A stretch of 64,000 nucleotides of DNA from Rhynchopus sp. YZ270_cl-10. Its lineage: Eukaryota. The position numbers and the translations under genes are program-made. The number at the start of each line of letters is the position of its first letter. Within the stretch, counting starts at the first letter, position 1. The notes beneath the pieces are model-generated. The model was not told where the DNA came from. It made no database searches and worked only from the letters and a program-made list of their open reading frames with translations. Shown here in pieces: positions 23,518 to 38,400 of the stretch. Where the stretch lies: positions 558,001-622,000 of the forward strand of contig OZ037845.1 of the NCBI GenBank assembly GCA_964035575.1, in the 5' to 3' direction.

Positions 23518-26500
23518 CAAAAACGAGGAAATGGTACACCTGATAACCCCATTTGCGTACTTGTTGCGTACTTGGTGAAAGTACGGGGATTTTTTTTTTT
23601 TTTGATTTGTGGGTATTTTTATCCACGGTGCGCTGGTCAGAGGATACCTGGTAAGGGTAGAAAAGGGCCGGTTTGAATCCTATATTAGAGGTTAACATCT
23701 AAAAACGGCTGCGTGGAGATCATACGAAACAAAAGCGAGGTGACAACAGAGTTATCAATATATCAAAAAAAGAAGTAGAGGTGAAATACAAAGCCCTCTC
23801 GTGAACAATGTACCTTGGTACAATGACCGGCTGTACCGGGGGATACCCAACCATGCAGTACGACATCCATTTCGTGGTTTACATCTGATATGTGCTACTC
23901 CCGCTTCCACTCATCAGCCAGATGAACGGGGATCATTGCAAAAACAGGGACGCGAATCCTGTGTGATGCAGGGTCTGGTTGGGGAAAAAATGGGGGTGAG
24001 GGTGGGTACCTTTTTTTATTCCTGGTCTGCCCTCCTGGGCTCAGTGGTCGCGCTAATTATGGGAAAAAATGGGGAAAAAATGGATTTCGGGTACGGAAAA
24101 ACGTTCCTTGAAAAGGTTAGCTGGGGAGGCCCGGAAACCCCGTTTTGTGGCATTTCCGGGCCAATCCCGGCTTGTGGTGGGGTATATACGGAAAAATGGA
24201 CAAAATTTTAGTGACTTAAATTTTCGCAAGATATGAACCCATACTCGTAAACAAGGGTCATTTTCAGGAAAATTCGGAAAATTCCGAGATTTGGAAGCAA
24301 TTTTTCTCCTGAAAATAAGTGGGTTTTCAGCCCCAAAACATACCGCGATTGGAATTTCCGGAATCCGTCCGCGCTGTGGTGGGGTCACTTTGCCGAAATG
24401 GCCAATTTTTTGGTTTTGGTCAAAATCCATGTGGGTAAAGAGGGCCAATGTAAATCCCACAACCAGATTTTCTCTCCCTGATCCTGAACGTCTTGCAACA
24501 TGAAAATGCGCGAAAACACCGGCATTTGCATTTCCGGAATTCGTCCGTTCTGTGGTGGGGTCAATTTGCCGAAATGGACAAGTTCTTGGTTTTGGTCAAA
24601 ACCCGTCAGTGTAAGGTAAAGGGGGCAAGTGTTTGCCTGTAGAAACTGGAAGGGAACAGGCAGCGCCGCAGGCGCACGGTAACCAACTTTTTTTTTTTTT
24701 TCCTTTTCTTTTTTTCTCCTCTTTCTTTTGACTTTCCGAGCCAATTGCGTTCCACGGCGGGGTCACATGTATATGCAAGTCCACTATGTGGTGGTCTTAC
24801 TCAACAATATTAGAACTTCTGGTTTCTTAATGAAATCCCCGTACTGCAAAAAAAAAAACGTTCCTACCAAAACCCCCAAAAATCCCGGGATGAGGGATGG
24901 ACTTTAGCGCGAGCTCTGCCTGGGCTGTGTGTTTTTTTTTTTTTTTTTTTTGTGTTTTGTTTTTGCAAGGTTTTCTGGGTTTCGTTCACAATTCCCCCAA
25001 CCCCCTCCCACAATACTCCTACACAGGATTCTTTTTTCTCTCCTACGTATTGAGTTTTGGGGAATTTACTGTATTTTTTTTTTTATATTTTTTACTCAAA
25101 AAAGACGCCCATTGTTTACGCTAATAAATAAGAGAGACTAATTTTCCCTTTGGTTTAAAATGTTATGTTCGGATATTGCCTTTTGGTGTGGTTCTCTTTT
25201 TGTTTATTTGCTTCCTTTACGCACAATACCCTTCATTTCACACATAACACTTTTATACAGACCGATTCACACACTCCAAACTCCTTAACCACTTTTTTTC
25301 TATTTGTTATTTGCACCAGTCGCCCGAAGGCCTTTTTTTTTTGTTTTTGTAGTTTTTTTTTTTTCGCAAGATAAAGTGTGTATCCTCCTGGAAGAGTAGA
25401 ATGTCTTACAACACGGCACATAGATCACAAACCCATCCTCATGATCAGGCAGAGGTGAGATGGTCAGGAATCAGGCACTCATTAAAAATAATGTTGCACC
25501 CACCCTTTTGCTGCGGGTCTGATTGCCCGATCAAAGAGGGCTGATACAAAGCAAGTGTACTACAAGCTAGCAAAAGAAAAGAAAAAATGAAATAAAGGTT
25601 GTTTGTTGTTCGCTTCCACACCACTTCTGCACTCAGATTCAAGTCTTTTGGCTGTCCTTACAAGCGCCTGCCAAAACGCTCGCCTCGTGGGTGTGGACTT
25701 TTTTTTTTCCTTCTTCGACTTGATTTACGATATGGTTGTGTTTGCCTGAAGTACAGAAAGTGTCGTGGAGCACAGGGGGGAAAAGAGGGGGAAAACAAGC
25801 GGGGAGCGGGATACACAGACGCGCGACTTTTCACGAGGGTCTCGAGCTTTTGTCAAATACTACGTGTTTACCAAGCATGTCCTTAAATCGGGGGAAAATC
25901 AGGGATTTTCTGGTTTTCAAATCGCAAAACTGGAGAAGACATTTTTTTTGCTGTTGTAGGGCCGCAGTGCGGGTGGTCACATTTTTCTCTTCCCCCACCC
26001 CAGTGTCTTATCCAGGAATCCAGATTTCAAGGGGGTCAGCTTGTTTTGTTGCCCAATATTATTTCCAGCGCTGCTGGTCAGGGAAGACAGTGGGAACATT
26101 GGGAACTGTATAAAAAATGGCGCCGCAGGCGAAAAAAATTTAGGGCAGGGTGTAAAAATTTAGCTTTTTACACCACAGAGTCACTCAACGAACCCTTTTT
26201 TGCGGAGCAAAAAAGGGAAAATCATGGATGTAGAAAGTACTTCACGTACTTTTTTTTGAAAAAAAAAAGTAAAAAAGTACGTGACAAAAAATAAAAAAAA
26301 AACGTACTTTTTTACCAGGCCTGGGCCTAAAGTGGGTGCCCGGGGCCCGATTTTGATTTTATTTTATTTTTTCTAAGGATTTTACACGGGGGAAAAATTA
26401 TTTTTTCTAAGGATTTTATACGGGGAAAATTTATTTTTCTAAGGGTTTTTCTGAGGGGAAAAAGTCTGGGGGGTCCCGGCCCGTGTGGCTGAGAATAACT

Positions 26501-27638
26501 CGCACTCTGCCCGGGGAGTGCGGTACCAAGCCATAATGAACAAAAATAGTCTCCACCCCGCTTCCTTCGGTCTCGTCCCTTTCACCTCCCGCACAACAGA
26601 ATAAATAATAATACACGGTGGTAGCAAAGTGCATTGCGTTGGCGCACTTGGGCAGGCCCTGACGGCACTGAGGAACGGAAAAAAAAAAAAAATCCGCGCC
26701 GCCCAGGGCTGCACCTTAAAAAAAAAATTTGCCTGCGGCGCCATTTTCCCTTTTTTTCTCTGCAAAAAAGGATTCGCTGAGTGGCTTTGTGGTGTAAAAG
26801 CTGCATTTTTCATACTGTACCCTAATTTTTTTTCGCCTGCGGCGCCGTTTTATATTCATCCCGAACATTCAGGGTGCACGTAGCGCGTAGCGCGCCCGGG
26901 TTTAGGACCCCTTCTTGAATTTCGAGGGGGCGGTTCACGTTACAGTAGGTCCAGAATCATAGTTCAATTTAACCCCGCTAAGCAACTCGCTGGTGGTAAT
27001 GACCAAAACGTGTATCAGCCAAGAATTTGCCCATTTTTTTCAAAATGACCCCGTGACAGTGAGGGTAAAAGCTCGGAAAACCCGAAAAAGGCCAAAAAAA
27101 CTCCCCGAAAAGGGAAAACCGAGAACATATTTCGGCAGGGGGGCAGCGTGTTCTCAGAAAAATCCAAAAATTGCCTGTAAAAATCCTTAGAAAAAACCCG
27201 GGTGCCCGATCCAAAAAAATGGAAAAAACCCCAGGGTGCCCGCCCACCCCTGGATGATTGGTACCAGCCCCACCAATTCCTTAAGGAGTTAAATTCCGAT
27301 TTTTTTCATTTTTTTTTGCGATTTTTTTGCTCAAAAATTGACGATACCCTGTTTTCGGGGCAAAACTCTCTAATTTTGGGCAGTTCAAAAAGTGTTTTTT
27401 ACCTTTGCCAAAACTGAGATACAAAGGGGAAAAAAATGTTTTTCGCCAGCAAAAACTGAGAAATAGCCTATTCAGGCAAAACTTTTTTTAAAACTTTTTT
27501 TTTGCGCGCGCGCGCGCATTTTTTTCCCAGAGTCAGCGAGCGGGAAACAAAAAAAAAAGTTGTGCCACCCTTACCCCCTCAAAAAAGACACTTCATATGT
27601 ACACATTTGCAAGACGACTGGTTAGGAAGTTTGGTCAT

Positions 27639-30600
27639 CTAAATGTGTTTACAGATTCTTCGGAGGCATGGCACCCATCTTGTCGTCCTTGTTCTGGTCG
27701 GTGGCAACGGTGTGATCCACGTGCGGTTGGGAATATGTGGGACTCGAGACAGCAATGCAGGCCAGACAGGACGCGAAGCCAACACGCTTTCAGTTGATGT
27801 CTTGGGGTCATGATGTGCGTTGACCTGCGCTTCTGCTGCCTGTGTCTGCGCATTGTTCAGCCAAAATTGTGCGAAGAAGTGGTAGTAATCCTCAAAGTTT
27901 CCTGCGTGCACTACACCTATAACGTGATCCTTCAGATTGTCATCCTGCTTGCACAACGTGACCCAGTCTTCCGGAAAGGCCACGGTGGTGTGCCACAAGA
28001 ACACATCAGTTTTGTCTGCTGATTTTTTGACCTCTTTCCACATCTTCCCCATGGGGGCACCCCTTTTGTTCTTGTGAAAATGTTTTCCTTTGCTGTGCTT
28101 TACCTGCAGCACCTCATTCACACCTTTGTGTAGTCGCAAAAAGATATCTCCGTGAGGTGCCTTCTCTGCGTTCTGGAATGCAGAGTCTGTGAACGGGGCA
28201 CACTCATGGTGCAAGTTCTTCGGTGAAGATTTGCTCTGCATATTGTCCTTTTGTTTTGAGCCACGGGTCTGAGTGCGATGCACTGCAAAACGGGGCGTGA
28301 GGGGGGTGTTCGTGAACTCGCGACGGCTAGGCTCATTCATCCACTGTACACCTTTGTGCAGGAGCACCACGCTCGTTGGTCCGGTGTCGTGCAGCTGAGA
28401 GAGGAGACACCTATACCACAGCACGAACGACTCGAAGGAAGCGCCGTCCTGCTTCTCCGCGAAGTTGTACCCCTTGAGCAGGCTTCCCAGCATCGAGGAG
28501 TTAACAATAGCCCAGATGAGTGAAAGCCTGAGATATAAATTTTCCCCCTCCTTTTGAATATCCATGAGGCCCTTGGATAGGTGTGCTGCGAGGTCGGTGT
28601 CTTGCTTCAGAGGCACCTTCAGCAGCGCATATCTGAGCAGCATCGTTTGATCCTCCACGCTGGCAACAATCCCGTTATACCGAATCTTAACTTGTTCACA
28701 CAGAATGCTGAGCAGCTCAGGTTCGTCCTTCTCAGGGTGCTCTTTGGCGACGTTACAGAGTATCTCAACCGCGCGTCCATAACCTTTCACGATATCGAAC
28801 AAATTTGTAGACCTACCCTTTGGCATGGTCTCGGGTTCTTTTGTGAGAAATGGGAGTTGCAAGTAGTGTGGGACCACGCTCGATCCCGTCAATGCATCCA
28901 CCGCCGTCTTCTTTGCAGTCAGAGTGCATACGCTAAACAGGAAGAACGGAGATCCCATTTGACAGGACAGCATCACCTCTCGCAGGAAACTACGTATCCT
29001 ACCGTTGCTCTCTGGGTCTGATACTAGCTCATTGTCCGACAAGTTGTGCACTCCGTCGATCATCAGCAGGCACACCACGTTAGTCGGGTACTGCTCTTCC
29101 TTTCCGAGATATTTGCACAGACGTTCTACAAGCTCGCTGAGAGTGAAGCCAGCTCTGTGGGCTTCGCTCCACACCACGAAGGCTTTCATATCGTCAGTCG
29201 TATGACCCAGCAGATGGAAACAAATCCGATCGACCACAGCAGACTCAGACGGTCTTTCGTGTTCCTTCTGGTACGAGGTCCCATTCTCGAAGGACACGTT
29301 GAAGGTGAATACCGTCTTGCCCTCCGTTTTATGCGCCAACACCTCTGGCACCCTCATGAGAGCACGAGACTTGCCCATGCCCAGACCTGCGCAGATGATT
29401 GCCTGTTCCATAGACTGCTTATCTCTTACTTTGGCATCAAATGCGGCATAGTTCTTCTCGAAGACGGCACACAACCCGATGTCGAGATCACCACCATTTT
29501 GGTATGTCCACGTCATGCCAGAAGACTTCGCCAATGCGTGTGGCTGCTGCAGACGTTCAGCCATTCCCTGTGTTTTAATAACCTCCTCCAGAGTGATTGC
29601 TCGCTTGCCTTGTTCGACCCGAATGTACCTGAGGTCCTCCCTAATAGTCGCCAGCTCCTGGCCAATAGTCGCCAGGCGCTGGCCAATAGTCACCAGGCGC
29701 TCGCTAACTCCCTGTTTGCGGGAGGGAAAAGGATGTGCAAAACTACAAACAATAACATCAAAAACACAGTTTACACCACACTGTACATCTCCACTGCCGA
29801 CTTTGCAACCCCAACACAACATGTTGCGAATGGGCCATGCTAGAAAATAAAATACAAATGGTGTAAAAAGCAAGTAGACCACTCGTCATGCCTCCAAAAG
29901 TCCGAGGTACCCTACGCCACACAGACAGCACAACCACATGTAATGACCCACCTACTCAAAGGTTAAGTGAATAAAAACAACAAAAATAAGGGTCATACCT
30001 CCTTCTCCGTCTCGAGCTTGCGGATTCTGGCGAGTACATCGGCCTCGCTTGGTGGGACAACCACAAAATACTTCGCAGCAGCACCCAAGGCAGCGCGAGT
30101 AAACATTTTATGCTGAACACAACGGATCAAGAGATCAACGTGATCACTGAGCATCTTCTTCTCTGTCCGCAGCTCCTTCTTCTCTGTCTCCAGCTTCCTC
30201 ACAACGTCTTCCTTTTCTGCAACAGAGTCTTTTAGACCAGCCATGGAAGAGGTAGCCTGTTGTTCATGCAAGGGCAGGGGTACACTTCTGTCATCCACAC
30301 CAGGAGACATACTTGAAGAGAAAGGGGGTTGGGGAACAGAACAGAACAAAACGAATAAAAATAGGGAAAAACAAACGTTGCAGGGCAAGTGTTTGGGTAT
30401 GCGGGCGGGGGTTGGGTTTTGTGTGAAGAGGAAGGGGAAGGGGAAGAAAAGAGTCTGCGCAGTGATGTGGTGTGTGAAATAGGTGAGGTGACGTGACGTG
30501 AACAACGTGACTAACGTGGCTTCGTGCAGTTGTTCTTTGTTCTTCGAAAAGAATGTGAGCTCTATCATGTCGGAGGTGCAGCTTCCTCACGCTGTGGTGC

Positions 30601-30639
30601 TTACCTTAAGAGGGGCCGCTGTGCTGCGAACACAGTCAT
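27639..30639 (-). CDS. CR-type NTPase-nuclease, copy 5 (~806 aa; A allele)
   Basis: Exons 30639-30605, 30311-29999, 29711-27639. Motifs intact. Confidence 0.8.
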
Positions 30640-31276
30640 CAAAAACGAGGAAATGGTACACCTGATAACCCCATTTGCGTACTTGTTGCGTACTTGGTGA
30701 AAGTACGGGGATTTTTTTTTTTTTTGATTTGTGGGTATTTTTATCCACGGTGCGCTGGTCAGAGGATACCTGGTAAGGGTAGAAAAGGGCCGGTTTGAAT
30801 CCTATATTAGAGGTTAACATCTAAAAACGGCTGCGTGGAGATCATACGAAACAAAAGCGAGGTGACCACAGAGTTGTCAATATATCAAAAAAAGAAGTAG
30901 AGGTGAAATACAAAGCCCTCTCGTGAACAATGTACCTTGGTACAATGACCGGCTGTACCGGGGGATACCCAACCATGCAGTACGACATCCATTTCGTGGT
31001 TTACATCTGATATGTGCTACTCCCGCTTCCACTCATCAGCCAGATGGGGATCATTGCAAAAACAGGAACGCGAATCCTGTGTGATGTAGGGTCTGGTTGG
31101 GGAAAAAAAATGAGGGTGAGGGTGGATACCTTTTTTATTCCTGGTCTGCCCTCCTGGGCTGTGTGTTTTTTTTTTTTGTGTTTTGTTTTTGCAAGGTTTT
31201 CTGGGTTTCGTTCACAATTCCCCCAACCCCCTCCCACAATACTCCTACGCAGGATTCTTGTTTCTCTCCTACACAT

Positions 31277-31690
31277 CCCATCACGACTCGTGTCGTAGAT
31301 GAAGTCCACCATGCCGTCCGTTGTGTCTTTGTACTGCTCGTAGACACCAGGCATGCTGAAGACCTCCATCGACTTTGCGTTGTCGTCAATCCACCACCAT
31401 CTGTCCCCGGCAAAGTCTTCTTCTGTTTCACGGGCGGCCTTTTCTTTTCCTATCTTTGCAACAAGTCTGTCATTGATGAAATTCACACCGGGAAGTGTTT
31501 ACGGCGGGCTTGGCGACGGTCGTTGGGACAGGGAACCATCTATGTCCTGCATTCGTAGCTGCTCGTAGTATCTCTTGTACGGGCCCTGCAACGACTGAAA
31601 CAAGAGCGACAGCGTTAGAAGAAACACCGCCACTCCGATAATTTTCCTGATGCTCACATGCTTCGCTGTGCGGGACACTCCTTTCCTCAT
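31277..31690 (-). pseudogene. Membrane-protein gene fragment, copy 3
   Basis: Same translation and TAA as 3909-4322. Confidence 0.6.
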
Positions 31691-32437
31691 GGTTTGGGTC
31701 ACTTAGCCGAAATGGCCAAGTTCTTGGTTTTGGGCAAACCCCGCCCAAGCCCCCAACCCCAACCCCAAAAAAGGGATCTTTGAAATCCGGGTGAAATCGG
31801 GTGAAATTGGGCTCAGGTGGGCACAGGTGGGCTCTGGGGGGGCTATTGTGGGCTGGTCGCGGGACACCACATCATATTCTGTGAAAATTCACTGAAATTT
31901 TGTTCATTTTTCCGTGTCCCCACCACAAGCCGGGATTGGCTCGGAAATGCAATAAAACTACCTATTGGGCGGAAAAAAACAACAGGAAACTTGCGCACTT
32001 TTTTTTGCCGTTCTTTTTCGAAAATTTTCAAACGCCCCAGAGTTAGGGTCGGGCCGAGTCGGCCGACTTTCTGATTTTCCGAACAGTCGTCCCGACTATA
32101 AATATTTTTTCGCTATATTTTCCCTTCCGTCTGACTGTTCTTCCCGCTTCCGCTTCCCTGATTCCATCCCCTTTGTCCTTTATGGTACTCGTCCCCTGTT
32201 TTTCTTTCTTCTTCAGCTTTTTCTTTTTCTTTTTCTTTTTCTCTTTTTCTTCCTCGTCTTCATCCGCCTTTTTTGCAGTACTACGGTAAGCGCAGACACA
32301 TTTCCAAAAGAATGGGCGTTACTTTCTTTTTCATGAAGATAAGCGAAAACCCTGCTTGCCAGGTACATAAACACTGAATGCAGCTTGTCCAGCCTCACCT
32401 CACATTTTGCAAGACGGCTGGTTAGGCAGTTGGTCAT

Positions 32438-35400
32438 CTAACTGTGTTTACAGATTCTCCTGAGGAATGGCACCCATCTTGTCGTCCTTGTTCTGGTCGG
32501 TGGCAACGGTGTGATCCACGTGCGGTTGGGAATATGTGGGACTCGAGACAGCAATGCAGGCCACACAGGACGCGAAGCCAACACGCTTTCAGTTGATGTC
32601 TTGGGGTCATGATGTGCGTTGACCTGCGCTTCTGCTGCTTGTGTCTGCGCATTGTTCAGCCAAAATTGTGCGAAGAAGTGGTAGTAATCCTCAAAATTTC
32701 CTGCGTGCACTACACCTATAACGCGATCCTTCAGATTGTCATCCTGCTTGCACAAAGTGACCCAGTCTTCCGGAAAGGTCGCAGTGGTGTGCCACAAGAA
32801 CACATCAGTTTTGTCTGATGATTTTTCGACCTCTTCCCACATCTTCCCCATGGGGGCACCCTTCTCGTTCTCGCTGTGCTTTACCTGCAGCACCTCATTC
32901 ACATCTTTGTCTAGTCGCAAAAAGATATCTCCGTAAGGTGCCTTCTCTGCGTTCTGGAATGCAGAGTCTGTGAACGGGGCACACTCATGGTGCGAGTTCT
33001 TCGGTGAAGATTTGCTCTGCATATTGTTATGAACATTTTGTTTTGAACCACGGGTCTGAGTCTGACGCACTGCAAAACGGGGCGTGAGGGGGGTGTTCGT
33101 GAACTCGTGACGGCTAGGCTCATTCATCCACTGTACACCTTTGTGCAGGAGCACCATGCTCGTTGGTCCGGTGTCGTGCAGCTTAGAGAGGAGACACCTA
33201 TACCACAGCACGAACGACTCGAAGGAAGCGCCGTCCTGCTTCTCCGCGAAGGTGTACCCCTTGAGCAGGCTTCCCGTCATCGAGGAGTTGACAATAGCCC
33301 AGATGAGTGAAAGCCTGAGATATAAATTTTCCCCCTCCTTTTGAATATCCATGAGGCCCTTGGATAGGTGTGCTGCGAGGTCGGTGTCTTGCTTCAGAGG
33401 CACCTTCAGCAGCGCATATCTGAGCAGCATCGTTTGATCCTCCACGCTGGCAACAATCCCGTTATACCGAATCTTAACTTGTTCACACAGAATGCTGAGC
33501 AGCTCAGGTTCGTCCTTCTCAGGGTGCTCTTTGGCGACGTTACAGAGTATCTCAACCGCGCGTCCATAACCTTTCACGATATCGAACAAATTTGTAGACC
33601 TACCCTTTGGCATGGTCTCGGGTTCTTTTGTGAGAAATGGGAGTTGCAAGTAGTGTGGGACCACGCTCGATCCCGTCAATGCATCCACCGCCGTCTTCTT
33701 TGCAGTCAGAGTGCATACGCTAAACAGGAAGAACGGAGATCCCATTTGACAGGACAGCATCACCTCTCGCAGGAAACTACGTATCCTACCGTTGCTCTCT
33801 GGGTCTGATACTAGCTCATTGTCCGACAAGTTGTGCACTCCGTCGATCATCAGCAGGCACACCACGTTAGTCGGGTACTGCTCTTCCTTTCCGAGATATT
33901 TGCACAGACGTTCTACAAGCTCGTCGAGAGTGAAGCCAGCTCTGTGGGCTTCGCTCCACACCACGAAGGCTTTCATATCGTCAGTCGTATGACCCAGCAG
34001 ATGGAAACAAATCCGATCGACCACAGCAGACTCAGACGGTCTTTCGTGTTCCTTCTGGTACGAGGTCCCATTCTCGAAGGACACGTTGAAGGTGAATACC
34101 GTCTTGCCCTCCGTTTTATGCGCCAACACCTCTGGCACCCTCATGAGAGCACGAGACTTGCCCATGCCCAGACCTGCGCAGATGATTGCCTGTTCCATAG
34201 ACTGCTTATCTCTTACTTTGGCATCAAATGCGGCATAGTTCTTCTCGAAGACGGCACACAACCCGATGTCGAGATCACCACCATTTTGGTATGTCCACGT
34301 CATGCCAGAAGACTTCGCCAATGCGTGTGGCTGCTGCAGACGTTCAGCCATTCCCTGTGTTTTAATAACCTCCTCCAGAGTGATTGCTCGCTTGCCTTGT
34401 TCGACCCGAATGTACCTGAGGTCCTCGCCAATAGTCGCCAGGCGCTGGCCAATAGTCACCAGGCGCTCGCTAACTCCCTGTTTGCGGGAGGGAAAAGGAT
34501 GTGCAAAACTACAAACAATAACATCAAAAACACAGTTTACACCACACTGTACATCTCCACTGCCGACTTTGCAACCCCAACACAACATGTTGCGAATGGG
34601 CCATGCTAGAAAATAAAATACAAATGGTGTAAAAAGCAAGTAGACCACTCGTCATGCCTCCAAAAGTCCGAGGTTCCCTACGCCACACAGACAGCACAAC
34701 CACATATAATGACCCACCTACTCAAAGGTTAAGTGAATAAAAACTACAAAAATAAGGGTCATACCTCCTTCTCCGTCTCGAGCTTGCGGATTCTGGCGAG
34801 TACATCGGCCTCGCTTGGTGGGACAACCACAAAATACTTCGCAGCAGTACCCAAGGCATCGCGAGTAAACGTTTTATGCCGAACACAACGGATCAAGAGA
34901 TCAACGTGATCACTGAGCATCTCCTCCTTTGTCTGCAACTTCTCCTCCTTTGTGTACAACTCCTTCTTCACTGTCCGCAGCTCCTCCTCCTCTGTCTCCA
35001 GCTTCCTCACAACGTCTTCCTTTTCTGCAACAGAGTCTTTTAGACCAGCCATGGAAGAAGCAGCCTGTTGTTCATTCAAGGGCAGGGGTACACTTCTGTC
35101 ATCCACACCAGGAGACATACTTGAAGAGAAAGGGGTTTGGGGAACAGAACAAAACAAAACGAATAAAAACAGGGGAAAACAAACGTTGCAGGGCAAGTGT
35201 TTGGGTATACGGGCGGGGGTTGGGTTTTGTGTGAAGAGGAAGGGGAAGGGGAAGAAAAGAGTCTGCGCAGTGATGTGGTGTGTGAAATAGGTGAGGTGAC
35301 GTGACGTGAACAATGTGACTAACGTGGCTTTCGTGCAGTTGTTCTTTGTTCTTCGAAAAGAATGTGTGAGCTCTATCATGTCGGAGGTGCACCTTCCTCA

Positions 35401-35450
35401 CGCTGTGGTGCTTACCTTAAGAGGGGCCGCTGTGCTGCGAACACAGTCAT
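32438..35450 (-). CDS. CR-type NTPase-nuclease, copy 6 (~809 aa; B allele)
   Basis: Exons 35450-35416, 35119-34765, 34477-32438. One extra heptad in exon 2 and one fewer in exon 3. Confidence 0.8.
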
Positions 35451-38400
35451 CAAAAACGAGGAAATGGTACACCTGATAACCCCATTTGCGTACTTGTTGC
35501 GTACTTGGTGAAAGTACGGGGATTTTTTTTTTTTTTGATTTGTGGGTATTTTTATCCACGGTGCGCTGGTCAGAGGATACCTGGTAAGGGTAGAAAAGGG
35601 CCGGTTTGAATCCTATATTAGAGGTTAACATCTAAAAACGGCTGCGTGGAGATCATACGAAACAAAAGCGAGGTGACAACAGAGTTATCAATATATCAAA
35701 AAAAGAAGTAGAGGTGAAATACAAAGCCCTCTCGTGAACAATGTACCTTGGTACAATGACCGGCTGTACCGGGGGATACCCAACCATGCAGTACGACATC
35801 CATTTCGTGGTTTACATCTGATATGTGCTACTCCCGCTTCCACTCATCAGCCAGATGGGGATCATTGCAAAAACAGGGACGCGAATCCTGTGTGATGCAG
35901 GGTCTGGTTGGGGAAAAAATGGGGGTGAGGGTGGGTACCTTTTTTTATTCCTGGTCTGCCCTCCTGGGCTCAGTGGTCGCGCTAATTATGGGAAAAAATG
36001 GGGAAAAAATGGATTTCGGGTACGGAAAAACGTTCCTTGAAAAGGTTAGCTGGGGAGGCCCGGAAACCCCGTTTTGTGGCATTTCCGGGCCAATCCCGGC
36101 TTGTGGTGGGGTATATACGGAAAAATGGACAAAATTTTAGTGACTTAAATTTTCGCAAGATATGAACCCATACTCGTAAACAAGGGTCATTTTCAGGAAA
36201 ATTCGGAAAATTCCGAGATTTGGAAGCAATTTTTCTCCTGAAAATAAGTGGGTTTTCAGCCCCAAAACATACCGCGATTGGAATTTCCGGAATCCGTCCG
36301 CGCTGTGGTGGGGTCACTTTGCCGAAATGGCCAATTTTTTGGTTTTGGTCAAAATCCATGTGGGTAAAGAGGGCCAATGTAAATCCCACAACCAGATTTT
36401 CTCTCCCTGATCCTGAACGTCTTGCAACATGAAAATGCGCGAAAACACCGGCATTTGCATTTCCGGAATTCGTCCGTTCTGTGGTGGGGTCAATTTGCCG
36501 AAATGGACAAGTTCTTGGTTTTGGTCAAAACCCGTCAGTGTAAGGTAAAGGGGGCAAGTGTTTGCCTGTAGAAACTGGAAGGGAACAGGCAGCGCCGCAG
36601 GCGCACGGTAACCAACTTTTTTTTTTTTTTCCTTTTCTTTTTTTCTCCTCTTTCTTTTGACTTTCCGAGCCAATTGCGTTCCACGGCGGGGTCACATGTA
36701 TATGCAAGTCCACTATGTGGTGGTCTTACTCAACAATATTAGAACTTCTGGTTTCTTAATGAAATCCCCGTACTGCAAAAAAAAAAACGTTCCTACCAAA
36801 ACCCCCAAAAATCCCGGGATGAGGGATGGACTTTAGCGCGAGCTCTGCCTGGGCTGTGTGTTTTTTTTTTTTTTTTTTTTGTGTTTTGTTTTTGCAAGGT
36901 TTTCTGGGTTTCGTTCACAATTCCCCCAACCCCCTCCCACAATACTCCTACACAGGATTCTTTTTTCTCTCCTACGTATTGAGTTTTGGGGAATTTACTG
37001 TATTTTTTTTTTTATATTTTTTACTCAAAAAAGACGCCCATTGTTTACGCTAATAAATAAGAGAGACTAATTTTCCCTTTGGTTTAAAATGTTATGTTCG
37101 GATATTGCCTTTTGGTGTGGTTCTCTTTTTGTTTATTTGCTTCCTTTACGCACAATACCCTTCATTTCACACATAACACTTTTATACAGACCGATTCACA
37201 CACTCCAAACTCCTTAACCACTTTTTTTCTATTTGTTATTTGCACCAGTCGCCCGAAGGCCTTTTTTTTTTGTTTTTGTAGTTTTTTTTTTTTCGCAAGA
37301 TAAAGTGTGTATCCTCCTGGAAGAGTAGAATGTCTTACAACACGGCACATAGATCACAAACCCATCCTCATGATCAGGCAGAGGTGAGATGGTCAGGAAT
37401 CAGGCACTCATTAAAAATAATGTTGCACCCACCCTTTTGCTGCGGGTCTGATTGCCCGATCAAAGAGGGCTGATACAAAGCAAGTGTACTACAAGCTAGC
37501 AAAAGAAAAGAAAAAATGAAATAAAGGTTGTTTGTTGTTCGCTTCCACACCACTTCTGCACTCAGATTCAAGTCTTTTGGCTGTCCTTACAAGCGCCTGC
37601 CAAAACGCTCGCCTCGTGGGTGTGGACTTTTTTTTTTCCTTCTTCGACTTGATTTACGATATGGTTGTGTTTGCCTGAAGTACAGAAAGTGTCGTGGAGC
37701 ACAGGGGGGAAAAGAGGGGGAAAACAAGCGGGGAGCGGGATACACAGACGCGCGACTTTTCACGAGGGTCTCGAGCTTTTGTCAAATACTACGTGTTTAC
37801 CAAGCATGTCCTTAAATCGGGGGAAAATCAGGGATTTTCTGGTTTTCAAATCGCAAAACTGGAGAAGACATTTTTTTTGCTGTTGTAGGGCCGCAGTGCG
37901 GGTGGTCACATTTTTCTCTTCCCCCACCCCAGTGTCTTATCCAGGAATCCAGATTTCAAGGGGGTCAGCTTGTTTTGTTGCCCAATATTATTTCCAGCGC
38001 TGCTGGTCAGGGAAGACAGTGGGAACATTGGGAACTGTATAAAAAATGGCGCCGCAGGCGAAAAAAATTTAGGGCAGGGTGTAAAAATTTAGCTTTTTAC
38101 ACCACAGAGTCACTCAACGAACCCTTTTTTGCGGAGCAAAAAAGGGAAAATCATGGATGTAGAAAGTACTTCACGTACTTTTTTTTGAAAAAAAAAAGTA
38201 AAAAAGTACGTGACAAAAAATAAAAAAAAAACGTACTTTTTTACCAGGCCTGGGCCTAAAGTGGGTGCCCGGGGCCCGATTTTGATTTTATTTTATTTTT
38301 TCTAAGGATTTTACACGGGGGAAAAATTATTTTTTCTAAGGATTTTATACGGGGAAAATTTATTTTTCTAAGGGTTTTTCTGAGGGGAAAAAGTCTGGGG

